This document shows, one piece after another, positions 32,801-44,800 of a stretch of 64,000 nucleotides of DNA (within the stretch, counting starts at the first letter, position 1; each line of letters begins with the position of its first letter). The notes under the pieces were generated by a model, which ran no database searches, was not told where the DNA came from, and worked only from the letters and a program-made list of their open reading frames with translations. Both the position numbers and the translations under genes were made by a program. Origin of the DNA: Lama guanicoe (lineage: Eukaryota). The stretch spans positions 2,034,507 through 2,098,506 of the forward strand of contig MU053376.1 of assembly GCA_013239625.1 (NCBI GenBank), in the 5' to 3' direction.

Positions 32801-35800
32801 AGCTCCACTGGTCACCGCCTTCCCCAGGGCAGAGGGAAATTCTCTGCATAAGCGCATGCCACACCCACTTTTGAGATGACATAGGAGACACATTCTGACA
32901 GCTCTGTTTTCCACCTGAAGGGGTTTCTGATGGTAGGTGGAGGGATTCAGGCCCTCGGCCACCCTCGCCCTCCATGACTGCTCTCCTGTCCTCCTCTGGC
33001 AGCATCCTGACATGTATGAGCGGGCAGTGCTTCGCAAGCCCCAGCAGAAGGCTTTTGGGGTGACCGTGGATCTCTGGAGCATTGGGGTGACCCTGTACCA
33101 CGCAGCCACCGGCAGCCTGCCCTTCGTCCCCTTCGGCGGGCCTCGGCGCAACAAGGAGATCATGTACGGTGAGGGGAGTGGGGGTGGGCCCTGGGCCTTC
33201 CCTGCCAGCTCCTGCTGTGTCTCCTTTTCTGCCTCTGACTCTGTGGTCCTCCTGGTCCACCCCCATGCAGGCTCCATTTAGATCCTTGGTTATCAGTCCA
33301 TCAAACAAAAAGCTGAGCCCTGGCCCTGGGTGATGGGTTCAATGCTTCCCTTGAGCACCCCTGCTCCATCTGGGGCTCACCACATCTCAGCTGAGGCTCC
33401 CAAAGTGACTTGCCCAAGGCTGCAGAGGCTGCTGGGGCAAGTTGGGGGTAAGAACCCAGCCTTCTGACCCCAGGACCCAGGTTCCTTGAGGTTTCCTGCT
33501 GTCTGACACAGAAGTAGCTGGAGACCCAGGCTGCTCCCACTGAGGGCACTGCCCAGAGCAGAAGAGACTTAAGGTGGATTTGCAGGGTGGTCAATGCCCC
33601 CTTCAGCTCAGGGGTCAAGCTATGTGGAACGTGCTTTCGGTTAGGGGAAGGAGAAGGAGACTGACTTGGATGGGGGCTGTCAGTGTCGGCTGGACTTTGA
33701 AGGGAGGTGTGGTTGGAATAGTAACATGGAAGGGGGGCTATTCAGGACAAGCGCGGCGCAGGCACAGGTGTGGAGGCAGGAGGGCCGTGGAGGTGTGGTG
33801 CGGGACAGAGGAGAGCAGAGAGCTTGGGGGCGGGGGGCATCAAGACTAGGAGATCTTGTTGGCTGCGAGCCAGGACTCTCAAATTCCACTTTCAGGCTGC
33901 CTTGGAGCTGCTGGGTGACTGGCACCAGTGCTCTGAGTCCTCTGCGCTGCCCGTCATCCCTTGAAGTGCGATAGGCCTGCTGACCTTGTCCCGCCTCCCC
34001 CAGGTACCGGATCACCACGGAGAAGCCGGCCGGGGCCATTGCGGGCACTCAGAGGCGGGAGAACGGGCCCCTGGAGTGGAGCTACACCCTCCCCATCACC
34101 TGCCAGCTGTCCACGTGAGTGGGGCTTTGCAGGAAGGGCAGATGCAGACCCGAGTCTGGGCCGGCGTCATCCTTTCTGCTGCGAGTCAAGACCTACCTCA
34201 AGCCAGGCCCAGGGGGACCCTGTGTGCTGTCAGCTTGGGTTCCCACTCTCCCTTTCTGGCCTGTGTCTCCATCTGGATGCTGGAAGACCCTTCTGGCTCT
34301 TCCTCACCATCCCACCCCTTCCCACCCCTTAGTCCTCGCTCTTCAGGGTGTTCTCGTGGAATGCCCCTGTCACCTACTCGAGGAGGACAAGTCTGGGCCC
34401 CGGCCCCTGACAGTCTTCATGTCCTGGGGGGACAGGGGGCTGCAGAGCCAGTTGGTGCCCATCCTGGCAAACATCCTGGAAGTGGAGCAGGCCAAGTGCT
34501 GGGGCTTCGACCAGTTCTTTGCGGAGACCAGTGACATCCTGCAGCGAGTCATCGTCCACGTCTTCTCCCTGCCCCAGGCCATCCTGCACCACGTCTATGT
34601 CCACACACACAACACGTGAGTGAGTGCCAGGGAGGGAAGCGTGAGCCGTCTCTCCCCAAGCACAGGGCTGTGTCCTGGGCAGCGTGCTGGGGGTGCTTAG
34701 TTACGGAAGCTTCTTCAGGGTCCAAACTTAGTTTGGAAAAACACTAGTTCCACCGAGTTAAAGTTAAACAGGCTTCCTTGCTGCTGGCCTTGAGCGATTC
34801 AGCAAACTTCACAAAGCTAAGATGCATCACGAACGTCCTGGGGGGTGTGCGCGCACGCGCACGTGTGCTGGCTGTGCATTTCCCAAATGTGTTGCTCATA
34901 GAGGCCTTTATTCCTGGAGCATGCTATGGGACTAGGCGACTTTTAATGGGAACATGGCAGAAAGAGGTGTGAAGGTGGAGGCAGGATATTGGGGCTCCTT
35001 GAGTTCTGTCCCCGCTCTGTCTCCATCCACTATAAGACATGAGCTCTACCCTTTGTCTCTCTACCCTGGATAAAAGAGCAAATCACCCAGGCCTTCCCTC
35101 TGAAAAGCAGAGCCCAAAGTCTGAGCTGGGGTTTGGGCCACCCTGACCCTGTATCCAGTCTGCTGACCCCTCTTCCATCCTCTGCCCTGGTGTGTCCAGG
35201 ATAGCCATCTTTCTGGAGGCCGTGTACAAGCAGACCAACGTGGCCCCCCAGCACCAGGAGTACCTCTTTGAGGGTCACCTCTGTGTCCTCGAGCCCAACC
35301 TCTCAGCACAGCACATCGTCCACACCACAGCAAGCAGCCCCCTCACCCTGTTCAGCATGGCCAGCGAGACCCCCAAGGGTCTGGCCTTCAGGGACCGTGA
35401 GTAGGACCACCCAGCCTGGATCTTTTCTCCTCTTTGCGTTCTCCTCCAAGGGGCGGGGGTTGACAATCCAGGATATTAATTTTCTCTGTGGGTGTTTCTT
35501 TGGGCCCCTGGGGTGTAGAAGGGAGATCTGGGTTCTAATTCAGCATATGCCTCTGAAATGACATATGACTCGGGCCAGCGGCCTGCCCTTCCTGCTTCAC
35601 AGCATCCACAGATCTGTGAAGGAGACTCCAGAGGAAACAGGGAGGTGTGGATTTAGCATGCTCTCCACGGTCCGTAATTGGTGGGGAAACCTCGGATAGT
35701 TTGGGTTGACGGAAACAGGCCCAGGCTGTTGGAGAGAAGGGAAGGTGGTCAGGGGTCCAGAGCTCTGTCCTCCAAGTTCTAGCAAAAATATCCCTCCTTC

Positions 35801-38800
35801 TCATTTGAATTAAGCTGATTTCATCCTCCTCCTCAGGGTCTGAGAGGGGAATTAACCTTGAAACCCCTGGATGTAAGAGGTGGTTTTTAGCCCATCCTCT
35901 GCCGTTGAGATGGGGCCTTGGGTACGAGGCTGCAGTTCTCCAAAGTGAATACAAGGGGGCAGTGAGGGACTGCAATTGTAAAGAAGCACATTGGTGCTTT
36001 TCAGGATTGAGGGTGGCGGCTCTAGGTGAGTTGGGAAGCTGGGTGTTGAGGGCTGACTGTGAGCTGGCAGTAAGGAAAGATGAGCTCAGACCTCATCCAG
36101 GGCCAGACAGGCAGCCCCCTCAGACAGGGTCTTTATCTGCAGCTGCTCTGGACATCCCCAAGTTCGTCCCAAAAGTGGACCTGCAGGCAGATTACAACAC
36201 GGCTAAGGTGAGGGACGGCCCCCAGGTGGCAGGGAGGGAGGTTCGCACAGGGGTAGGGGGTATAGGACTTGACCCTGCCCGCCTGTGTGTTTCAGGGGGT
36301 GTTGGGGGCCGGCTACCAGGCCCTGCGGCTGGCACGGTCCCTGCTGGCGGGGCAGGAGCTGATGCTTCGGGGGCTGCACTGGTTCACGTGAGTACCCCCG
36401 GGGACTGGGTGGGGAGGGCGCGGTGTCCTCAGTTCCCTGCAAGAAGACAGCTCTGACTCAGGCTCCCCTCGGCAGGGAGATTCTCCAGGCCACGTGCAGG
36501 CGGACGCTGGAGGTCACCAGGATGGCCCTCCTCTTCCTCAGCAGCAGCCTGGGCACCGAGAGGTGGGTGTCCTGCTCGGGGCGGGAGGCTGCAGCAGGAT
36601 CGGGGCCTGCTCGGACCCCTCGGCCCTTCTCTCTGTCTGTTCCTCACCCCCAATCTTTCCAACCATGCCCCTCGCCACCTCCCATCCAGAGCTCCCAACT
36701 TCGCTGCTATCCTAGGAGGGAGAGGCTGCTCCCACCTTGTCCCTCACCCTCAGCCCTGCCAGGTGACTGCACACACCTCCCCCACACCCAGTCCCTCACT
36801 TCAGGGGAACGGGCCAGTGGTGGCAATGCCCCTCTAGGTACCGGGGCAGCCTCCCTGCCCCAGGAAAGGGCCTCTGCCCTACCAGACCCCTCCTCTGAGG
36901 TTTAGCTGCTCACCTGCACCAGGCCCTGGAGAGGGATCCAGGGGGAGCCCTCACACCCACACGTGGTCCCCGAGCCTGCCAGGACGGAGATCCAGGTGGT
37001 CTCATCCTCCAGACTCCTCCTTCCTCCGCGCCTTAGACTGTCCTCACTTCCTAGGATCCCCTACGCTAATCCTTGGAACTCCACGTCCTCCACTCCTCTG
37101 ACTTGGGCTAATTAGGGGCGATGGGTTGGAAAAGGGGGAAGACTGGGGAGGAGGAAATCCGGCCAGAGGGTCTGGAGATGAGCCGCGGGAAGACTGCATC
37201 CACCAGAGCTCTACCGAGAAGGTAGTCGGGAACCCCGGATCTAGAAGGCAAGGCTGTGGTATGGGTGCAAGAGGGAAGCTCTGCAGCACAGGGAAGGCTT
37301 CCCCAGGGGGAGAAGACAGGTGATGCCAGAGGAGCAGAGAGACCGTGCCCAACATGCCTGATGTCCCCACCCTCACGGCCCGCAGCCCTCATCCTCAGGA
37401 AGGTCCCAGGAGTTTCCCAGAAGCTGGCTGACTCACCACAGACTTGCCTTTGTCCTGGCACTTGGCAGCAGCAACCTTGACGACGGGGTAGAGGGGGTGG
37501 TGGCCATGCAGGGAGGAGGGAGGGTGTGTCCCAAGATGAGCCCCCAGCATGGCTGGGCACCCTTCAGGTGATGCCAGAGATGAGGGGCTACAGTGAGCAG
37601 TATCAGCCAGCAGTATCCTCCTCTGAGCAGAGCTCTGTCCAAGCACCGAGCGGGCTTCCAGGGATAGAGGTGGCCCCAGGCCTGCAGAGGGTCCTCGCTC
37701 CCCAGGGGACAGCATGTGCAGGTGGCAGGACGGTTGGGTAAAGGGAAACTAGAGATGGGTAGAAGCAACCACGAAGATCTTCCTGGAAGAAGTGAGGCTT
37801 CTAAGGCCGGAATGTGACAGAATACCTGGGTTAGCAGGCCCTATGCAGAGAGAGAAGGAGGCCACGACCAAAGGGTGGGGAGGTGCTGTTGAGGTTTGCT
37901 AAAGCCACAGTTGTGACGGAAAATATCCCAGAGTGGAATCGGAGAGGGGCGAGAGGGAGGGGAGAACGCGTGCAGGTCCTGAGGTCTAGCTGGGAGGTGA
38001 GAATCCAGGGAAATGACCAATAGGGGTCTCTTGTGGGTTCTTGAGTGGGAAAGAAATGCATGCAGGAAGCACTTGGGCTGTGTGCCCACCTTCCCTAGGC
38101 TGACGAGTGTGGGGGGTGACAGGCTAGCCCGGGCCCGGAGTCCCAGCGTCTGCCGACCGCTGTTTCCCCCGCGGCCGTTCTGGCCCGAGGCCGCCCTGAG
38201 GGGTGCTGTGTGTGGAGAGCTGGGCTCAGGGAGGGCCTGCTGTGAGGCCTCCCGGAAAGGAGGCGTCTGGAGAGTGGGAAGCTCACTGAGCAGACAGTCA
38301 GAGGGCCAGGCCCAAGCTCGTCACTGACTCACTGTTGGCCTCAGGCCTTTGTCACCTTTCCTACCTGGGCCTCTGTTTCCTCATTTTCAAAATGAGAGGC
38401 CAGTGCCTCGCAATCTCATTCTGTTCTGAACGTCCCCAGACCTGTAGGTTCTTCTGAAGTCTGAAGCCACTGGCTCCTCCCACAGTGGAATCTGAGCTCT
38501 CTTAATGAGCTGAATTTCATGTTGGGAGGCGCCCGAGCCCCTGGCACAAAGCCGCCGTTGTTGCGCGTCCTGGTTACTCGCCTCTCCCACCGGGTGCGCC
38601 TCCTGCTGCGGGCTCCCTCGGCAGAGCGTCCTTGCCCTTGTCCCGAAGCTCCCCGGTCCTCCCTGGCAGGTGCTGCCATCTGGCGGCACCGTTCAGGGGG
38701 CGCAGTTCCAGGGGCCTGGACTGGCTCGGGGAGTCTCAGTGCTTCCCCGTCCCCACACCCCCCCAAAATTGTGTGTCTGTATAAACATGTTCTCTAGTCA

Positions 38801-41800
38801 TGTGCTTTATCTCTGAGGTCCCATCCAATCCCACGAACACCTTTTTCGGTAGCAGGAAGGAGCTTATCTCCCTATTGTACAGATGAAGAGCCTGAGGCTT
38901 AGAGAGCTAAAGCGACTACGAGATCGCGCAGATGGCAGGTGTGGCAGCTGGACTGGGACTCAGACCCACCCTCCCGACTCCCTGTCCCGTTGGGTTGGGT
39001 CGGCCTCATCCTCTTCTGCTGTAAAGTGTTCCATGCCCTAAAACCCATCCATGTGTTCGATAATTCACTCAGCACTGGTGTGTATGTTGCCAAATAGGTT
39101 CTTGCCTCGCACGGGAAAGAATTCAAGAGCAAGGCATAGTAAAGGGAAAGCAAGTTTATTCAGAGAGAATCACGCTCCATAGACAGAGTGGGGTCCGTCT
39201 CACTCAGAAGAGAGAGCGGCTCAGGAGATACACACTCCACAGGCAGAACGCAGGCATCTCAAAGGGCGAGAGGGAGACAGACTGAGAGGTGTGGGGTGTT
39301 TAAAGTAAAAGTAGATGCACACTCCATAGAGTGCAGCCCGTCTCAGAAGGCAAGAGAGAGAGCAACCATGAAACGCAGAGTTGTTGGTTTTTATGGGCTT
39401 GGTAATTTTATATGCTAATGAGTAGGAGCATTATTCCACCTATGTTAGGGAAGGAGCAAGGACTTCCAGGAAATGCCCCCGCTCGCCTACTTTCTGACCT
39501 TTTATGATCAGCCTAGGAACTGTCATAGCGCCTGTGTGTGTGCCGTGAGACTCAAGGTCTACTGGAAGTCAAACCTTCTGCCATCTTGGTTCTAACCAGT
39601 TTGTCCTGTCCTCAATGTCTGTGTCGTTTCTTCACTAGTTGTGCCCTGCCCCCTTCCCTCCTGCCTCATGTGGAGGACCTACTGTGTGCCAAACACTTTC
39701 CTGGGCCCTGGAGATACAATGGTGAACAGAGTGGGCAGCATCCCCGCCTTCATTCTCCCCACTCCTCTTTCCTCCCCTCCCCTCCCCTCCGTTCCCAAGC
39801 CAAGACACACAGGGTTCTTTTTACCCCAATTGTCACAGCTGTAAAAACAGTAGGTGCTAATTGTACTAAGTTGGAAAACACAGATAAGCAAAAAGGAAAT
39901 AAAAATGCCATATCCTACCACCCAAAGGTAATCGTCACTCCCAAGCAGAACATGGCCTTCTAGGCAGTTCTGCCCTGTGTGTGTGTAGGTACTAAGCACC
40001 CTGCCCTTTTCCTGTACTTACTGCTTTTCTCAGCTTTGAGCCCTGCCCCACCCGTGTCAATAGACCTTAGTCTCCTCTGTCGTACCCACCCATGTTCCAG
40101 TTCCCCTAGTTATCCCCCCAATCTTCTGATCTACCTGGTCTCACCCAAACCAGGATCCAATCTGAGACCACACTTTGTGTCTGGTTGCTGTGTTCCTTAC
40201 GTCTGCTTTAATCCATCCCTCGAGGTTCGGCAGCGTGGCTGGGGGGCCTGAGCTCCAGGAACTGATGAGAGTTGCAGAGCTGAGGGCCAAGCTGCGGACT
40301 GTGAGTGAGGATGGGGCTGGTGGGGGGCTGTCTGGAGCAGAGCCGGGGGAGGGGCAGGGCTCCAGCCAGCCTTGCCATCAGAGCCTCCAGCTGAGGACCC
40401 CTCCGGGGGTCTGCCTTTTTGCCCCACAGTTGGCTGAGGTCCTCTCCAGATGTTCCCACAATATCACAGAGACCCAGATGACCCTGAGCAGCCTGAGCTC
40501 TGAGCTGGGGAAGAACCGGGATCAGGTACATGAGGACAGAAGGTCTGTGGGGTTTTCCTTCTTGGTGGGGTGGAGGTGGGGGTGAGGGCACATAACACAA
40601 AAGGCCCAGTCAGCCTGCTTTCTCCCTTATCTTAGCAAGGATGCTGGGGCATGGGGTTAGGGGTGGGGGACTCAGGAGTATATGAGACCCTCCCATGAGA
40701 CTGGCCAAATGGAGAAAAGGATCTGGGGTCCTGCCTTGATCTGGGAGTTTAGAGAATAAATTACAAATTGCAGCAGGTGCAATAGTTCTAAATTAAAGAA
40801 TAATTTCATTTCCTCATCTCTCTTGAACCCTTGCTCTGTGTCAGACCCTTGAATAGGTCCCCCTACTTCTATTGTTGCAAGAAAATGGGGCACAAGAGGA
40901 TGGTCCCAGGTCTCGGGCGAGTTCCTGGGACGCACCCCACCAAGTGAGGGTTCTTGGCTTCATGCAGGAAAGAATTCAAGAGTGAACCACAGTAAAGTGA
41001 AAACAAGTTTATTTAGAGAGATACACACTCCGTAGACAGAATGCAGCCCATCTCAGAAGGGAGAGCAGCCCTGGGGTGCAGAGGTGGTTGGTTTTTATGG
41101 GTAGGGTAATTTCATATGCTAACAGGTGGGAGAATTATTCCAACTGTTTGGGGAAAGGGGTGAGGATTTCGAGGAACTGGGCCACTGCCCACTTTTTGGG
41201 TTTTTATGGCCAGCGTGGGAACTGTCCTGGCGCCTGTGGGAGCGCCATTTAGCAGCTAATGTATGACAATGAGCATATAATGAGGCTCAAGGTGCACTGG
41301 AGATCGGGTCTTCCTCCATCTTGGGCCTCGTTGGTTCTGACCAGTTTTTGTCGTATCAACAGCTAAGTCATTCTTTTAAAGGTTGTGCCCTGCGCCCTTC
41401 CCTCCTGTCTCACTGTCGTCTCGTTTAACCCTCAAGACAACAACAGCACTACTGCTATTATGCCCCTTTTATAGATGAAGATGCTCACTCAGAGAGGTTA
41501 GTTTGCCCTCAGACACAGCTAGTAAATGACAAATGACAGACGTGGCTCCGGATCGGGTCTGCCAACCTCCGAAGCCTATGTTCTTGGCCTACACCAGGGA
41601 TTTATGACTTTTAAACCCCTATTCTCCCTTTTGAGAAACATAAAAACTCCCACCCGCCCCACAGCCTGTGTGTGGATCCGCTGCCTCCCTTGCCCGCTTT
41701 CCCCAGGACGGGGCCACCTCCTTGAACCCCCTGCCATCAGTGCCAGCACAGATCCACGCCCCAACTCCTCAACTCTGCATTCAGAAAGCTCTGAACGCTG

Positions 41801-44800
41801 AAGTTTTTTCCTAACTGTTTTGGCTGCAAAACCTGACCTAAACTGCCATGAGGCTCTTTACAGTCTTCCTTTATCCCTCTGAGGGTGAATATTCTTATGG
41901 TTCTCTGAAGATGGAGGGCACTTAATGCTGCCCCAGACCTCACTAGGGGGTGTTCCACCGTACAGTGCGTGTGTACTGAACCAGCCTTCTCAGATCAGAA
42001 GCCAGTTCTGAATTTGGAGCACATCTGGCCCGAGCCTTTTGGATAAAGGCAGGATGTGGGGTCTTGTCCACTCCGTGTTCCAGGAGGGCAGGCACCTGGG
42101 ACCCTCAGAGTCCCAGGACAGGCTTGGGCTCTGCCCAGAGTCCAGCTCTAGAGATGGCTGAGACGGGGTCCCTGGGAATTGCTGTAGGGAGGAAGAGGAG
42201 TTAAATAGACCTGAGGGTGAGGAAGAAACCCCCATGCCCAGCACATACCCAGCATCTCAAGCAAAGTGTATCCTGAAAAAGGGAAAGAGAAACAATCATG
42301 ACCTTGAACCCCAGGTCGAGGACAACCTCAAGAGGTCATCTTCCACATTCCCCTGCCTGCAGGCAGGATCGAGGACCTTGATTCATTCTTGTTTTTAACA
42401 AGGGTTGTTGATTCATAATTTAAGTTCCTTCTCTGTGCTTGGCATTGGGTATTCTCAGAAAGCACAACCCCTTTCCTGCCAGAGAACAGGAAAGAAATTC
42501 CTGCCCTGCTCCCATGCACAGTTGCTGCGGCCAAACTCTCCTGTTTCAGGGTCCAAGGCTCCTTCCCAGAACCTGTTCTCAAGCCCCTCGTGCAGCAGAG
42601 GTTGCTCTTCTGTTGCCTGTCCTGCTTGGCTTCTCCTCGACCTCATCTCTTATTAAATACCGCGCGCGCGTGCGTGCGTGTGTGTGTGTGTGTGTGTAAA
42701 GGAGAGAATAAATACAAGAATGAGAGATGGCTGGCCAGCCCGCAGGGGCCTCAAACAGGCTTAGACACAGGAGAGTCACCCCCACTCCCTGACTGTCCCC
42801 CAAAACTGTGCAGTGAGGCTCCTTCTGCAGGGAGACAGCGCCCCTCCTCCCACCGCCATCCCTTCCCCTGCCTCCCCCTTTACCTGTGCCATTTGACTCT
42901 TGTGTCACCTGGTCCCTGTCTCCTGCCCATAGCATCCAGCAGATTCAGTGTTGTTTGGACAAGATGTATCTTATCTACAAACAGTTCAAGAAATCCAGGA
43001 TGAGGCCAGGTGAGCCCCGAGGAGGGGAGCAAAACACTCCTGCTGCTCTCCTTCCCCTCACCCCCCAACTCCCTCCCTTCCTCCTCCTTCCCTGCATTAT
43101 CTGGTTGTTCCTAATACTCCATCGTGTTGCTGCTGGAGGCTCACTATGCGGGTGGTACTTGTGGAACCCAGGGGCAGCTGGGCTAGGAGAGGGTCGCTGT
43201 CTGCAGACCAGTAGGGGACATGAAGCCTTTCCACCTGTGCCTGCTGTCACGTGGCGGCAGGGCGGGGCATCATGTCTTTGAAAGAATCACACTTTCTGGG
43301 AAAGAGATGATCTGGAGAAAAATCAGTTAGAGTCCCTGGTGCAGACACTTTGCCTGCATTATCTACCAACCGTCACAAGACCCTCTGGGCAGGGGCAGCC
43401 CGTTCACAGGCTCAGGGACTGGAAGCTTCTTGCCCATCCTGGGGTGAGGGAGGGTTGAACCCAGGGGAAGGCTGGGCTGCAGGAGCCTGGGGGACCCCTG
43501 TTTGACTCTTGGAGTTGGGAAGCTAACGCTCCAGGAACCGACCGTCTCTCCCACCCACGCCCCCAGCATGTCCTAACGTGCAGGAAATCGACACTTCAGG
43601 TCTTGGACTTGACCGCAAAGCTCTCTTCTGTCCCTAGGATTACCTCAAAAGCACTGTCCCATAGGAATATAATGCAGGCACATTTGTAATTTTAAGTTCA
43701 CTAGTAGCCAAAATTGAAAAAGCAGAAACAAGTGGAATTGATTTTAATAATGTATTTTATTCAACCCCATATATTCAAATTGTCGTTTCAGCATGTAATC
43801 AATATAAACAAAATTATTAAAGAGATATTTTACATTCTTTTTTTTTGTGCTAAGTCTTCACGATCCTGTGAGTATTTTACGCTTAGCAGCACATCTCTAA
43901 TCAGAAGCTGATTTTTTAACAAAATGAAATGTACGCTTACCAAACTAAAGCTGTGTTTGATGGGGAAAAAACACTGTACACGGCTTCAGTTTTTAAGTTG
44001 AACTGGAGGAATTGAAAGGAAAATGCGGGGCCTCAGTCACACTGGCCGTACCAGTCATGTTTGAGGTTCTCACAGCCATGCTGTTACACATACAGACTTA
44101 GAAGAGAATCCTCTCTCTCCCTGGGAACCGCAATCCTGTCTCTGTGTCTCACTTGGAGGGAGAGCAGCACAGGAGACGGGGAAACCCTGTTCCCTGAAGC
44201 CATCGGGGACTGAGCTCAGGAAACCTGGCCACCTTTGCTGTGACTTTAGGAGAACTTCTGAGGCTTTTCTGTCTCCATCACTGGAATTACACCATCGTAT
44301 AACCACCGCACTGCAGGGCACCTGCGTGTGCTGGGCTCCGTCGTCTGGGATGTGCCTGTTCTTAATTTATTTGATGCTCGTGAAAATCCTAGACAGTGTT
44401 ATCTTCCCCATTGTACAGATGAGGAAACTGAGACACGGGAAGGCTAAGGAGCCCAAGCAATCCAGATCCAGCTGCTTTTAACTACCCCATTTTACAGCCT
44501 CAAAAAGAATTTCATTTCTATTGGTCTGCAAGGGTCCTTTATTAAAATTTAAAATGAACCAGGAAGAGTAACACTTAACTGCCAACATCCGAGGTGTTGA
44601 AAGATGCCGTTCCAGAAAATGCTCAATCATTTTCAGGCTCTCTCACTTTACCCCTCACACCTGTCCCGCACGTTACCCATGATGGACGAGGTGAGCTCAC
44701 TTGCCTACAGCCCTGCTGATCAGAGGCAGGATTGGGCCTTGTCCCAAGTCCCTTGGACTTCACAAGTCAGCTGGCTGAATGCAGGGCCCAGAACGAGGAG

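Noticed and set aside
39085..41412. Single provirus whose two LTRs captured exons 14-15
   Set aside because: Each LTR has its own TSD and distinct structure, with no gag/pol between them; the exons are ordinary IKBKE exons
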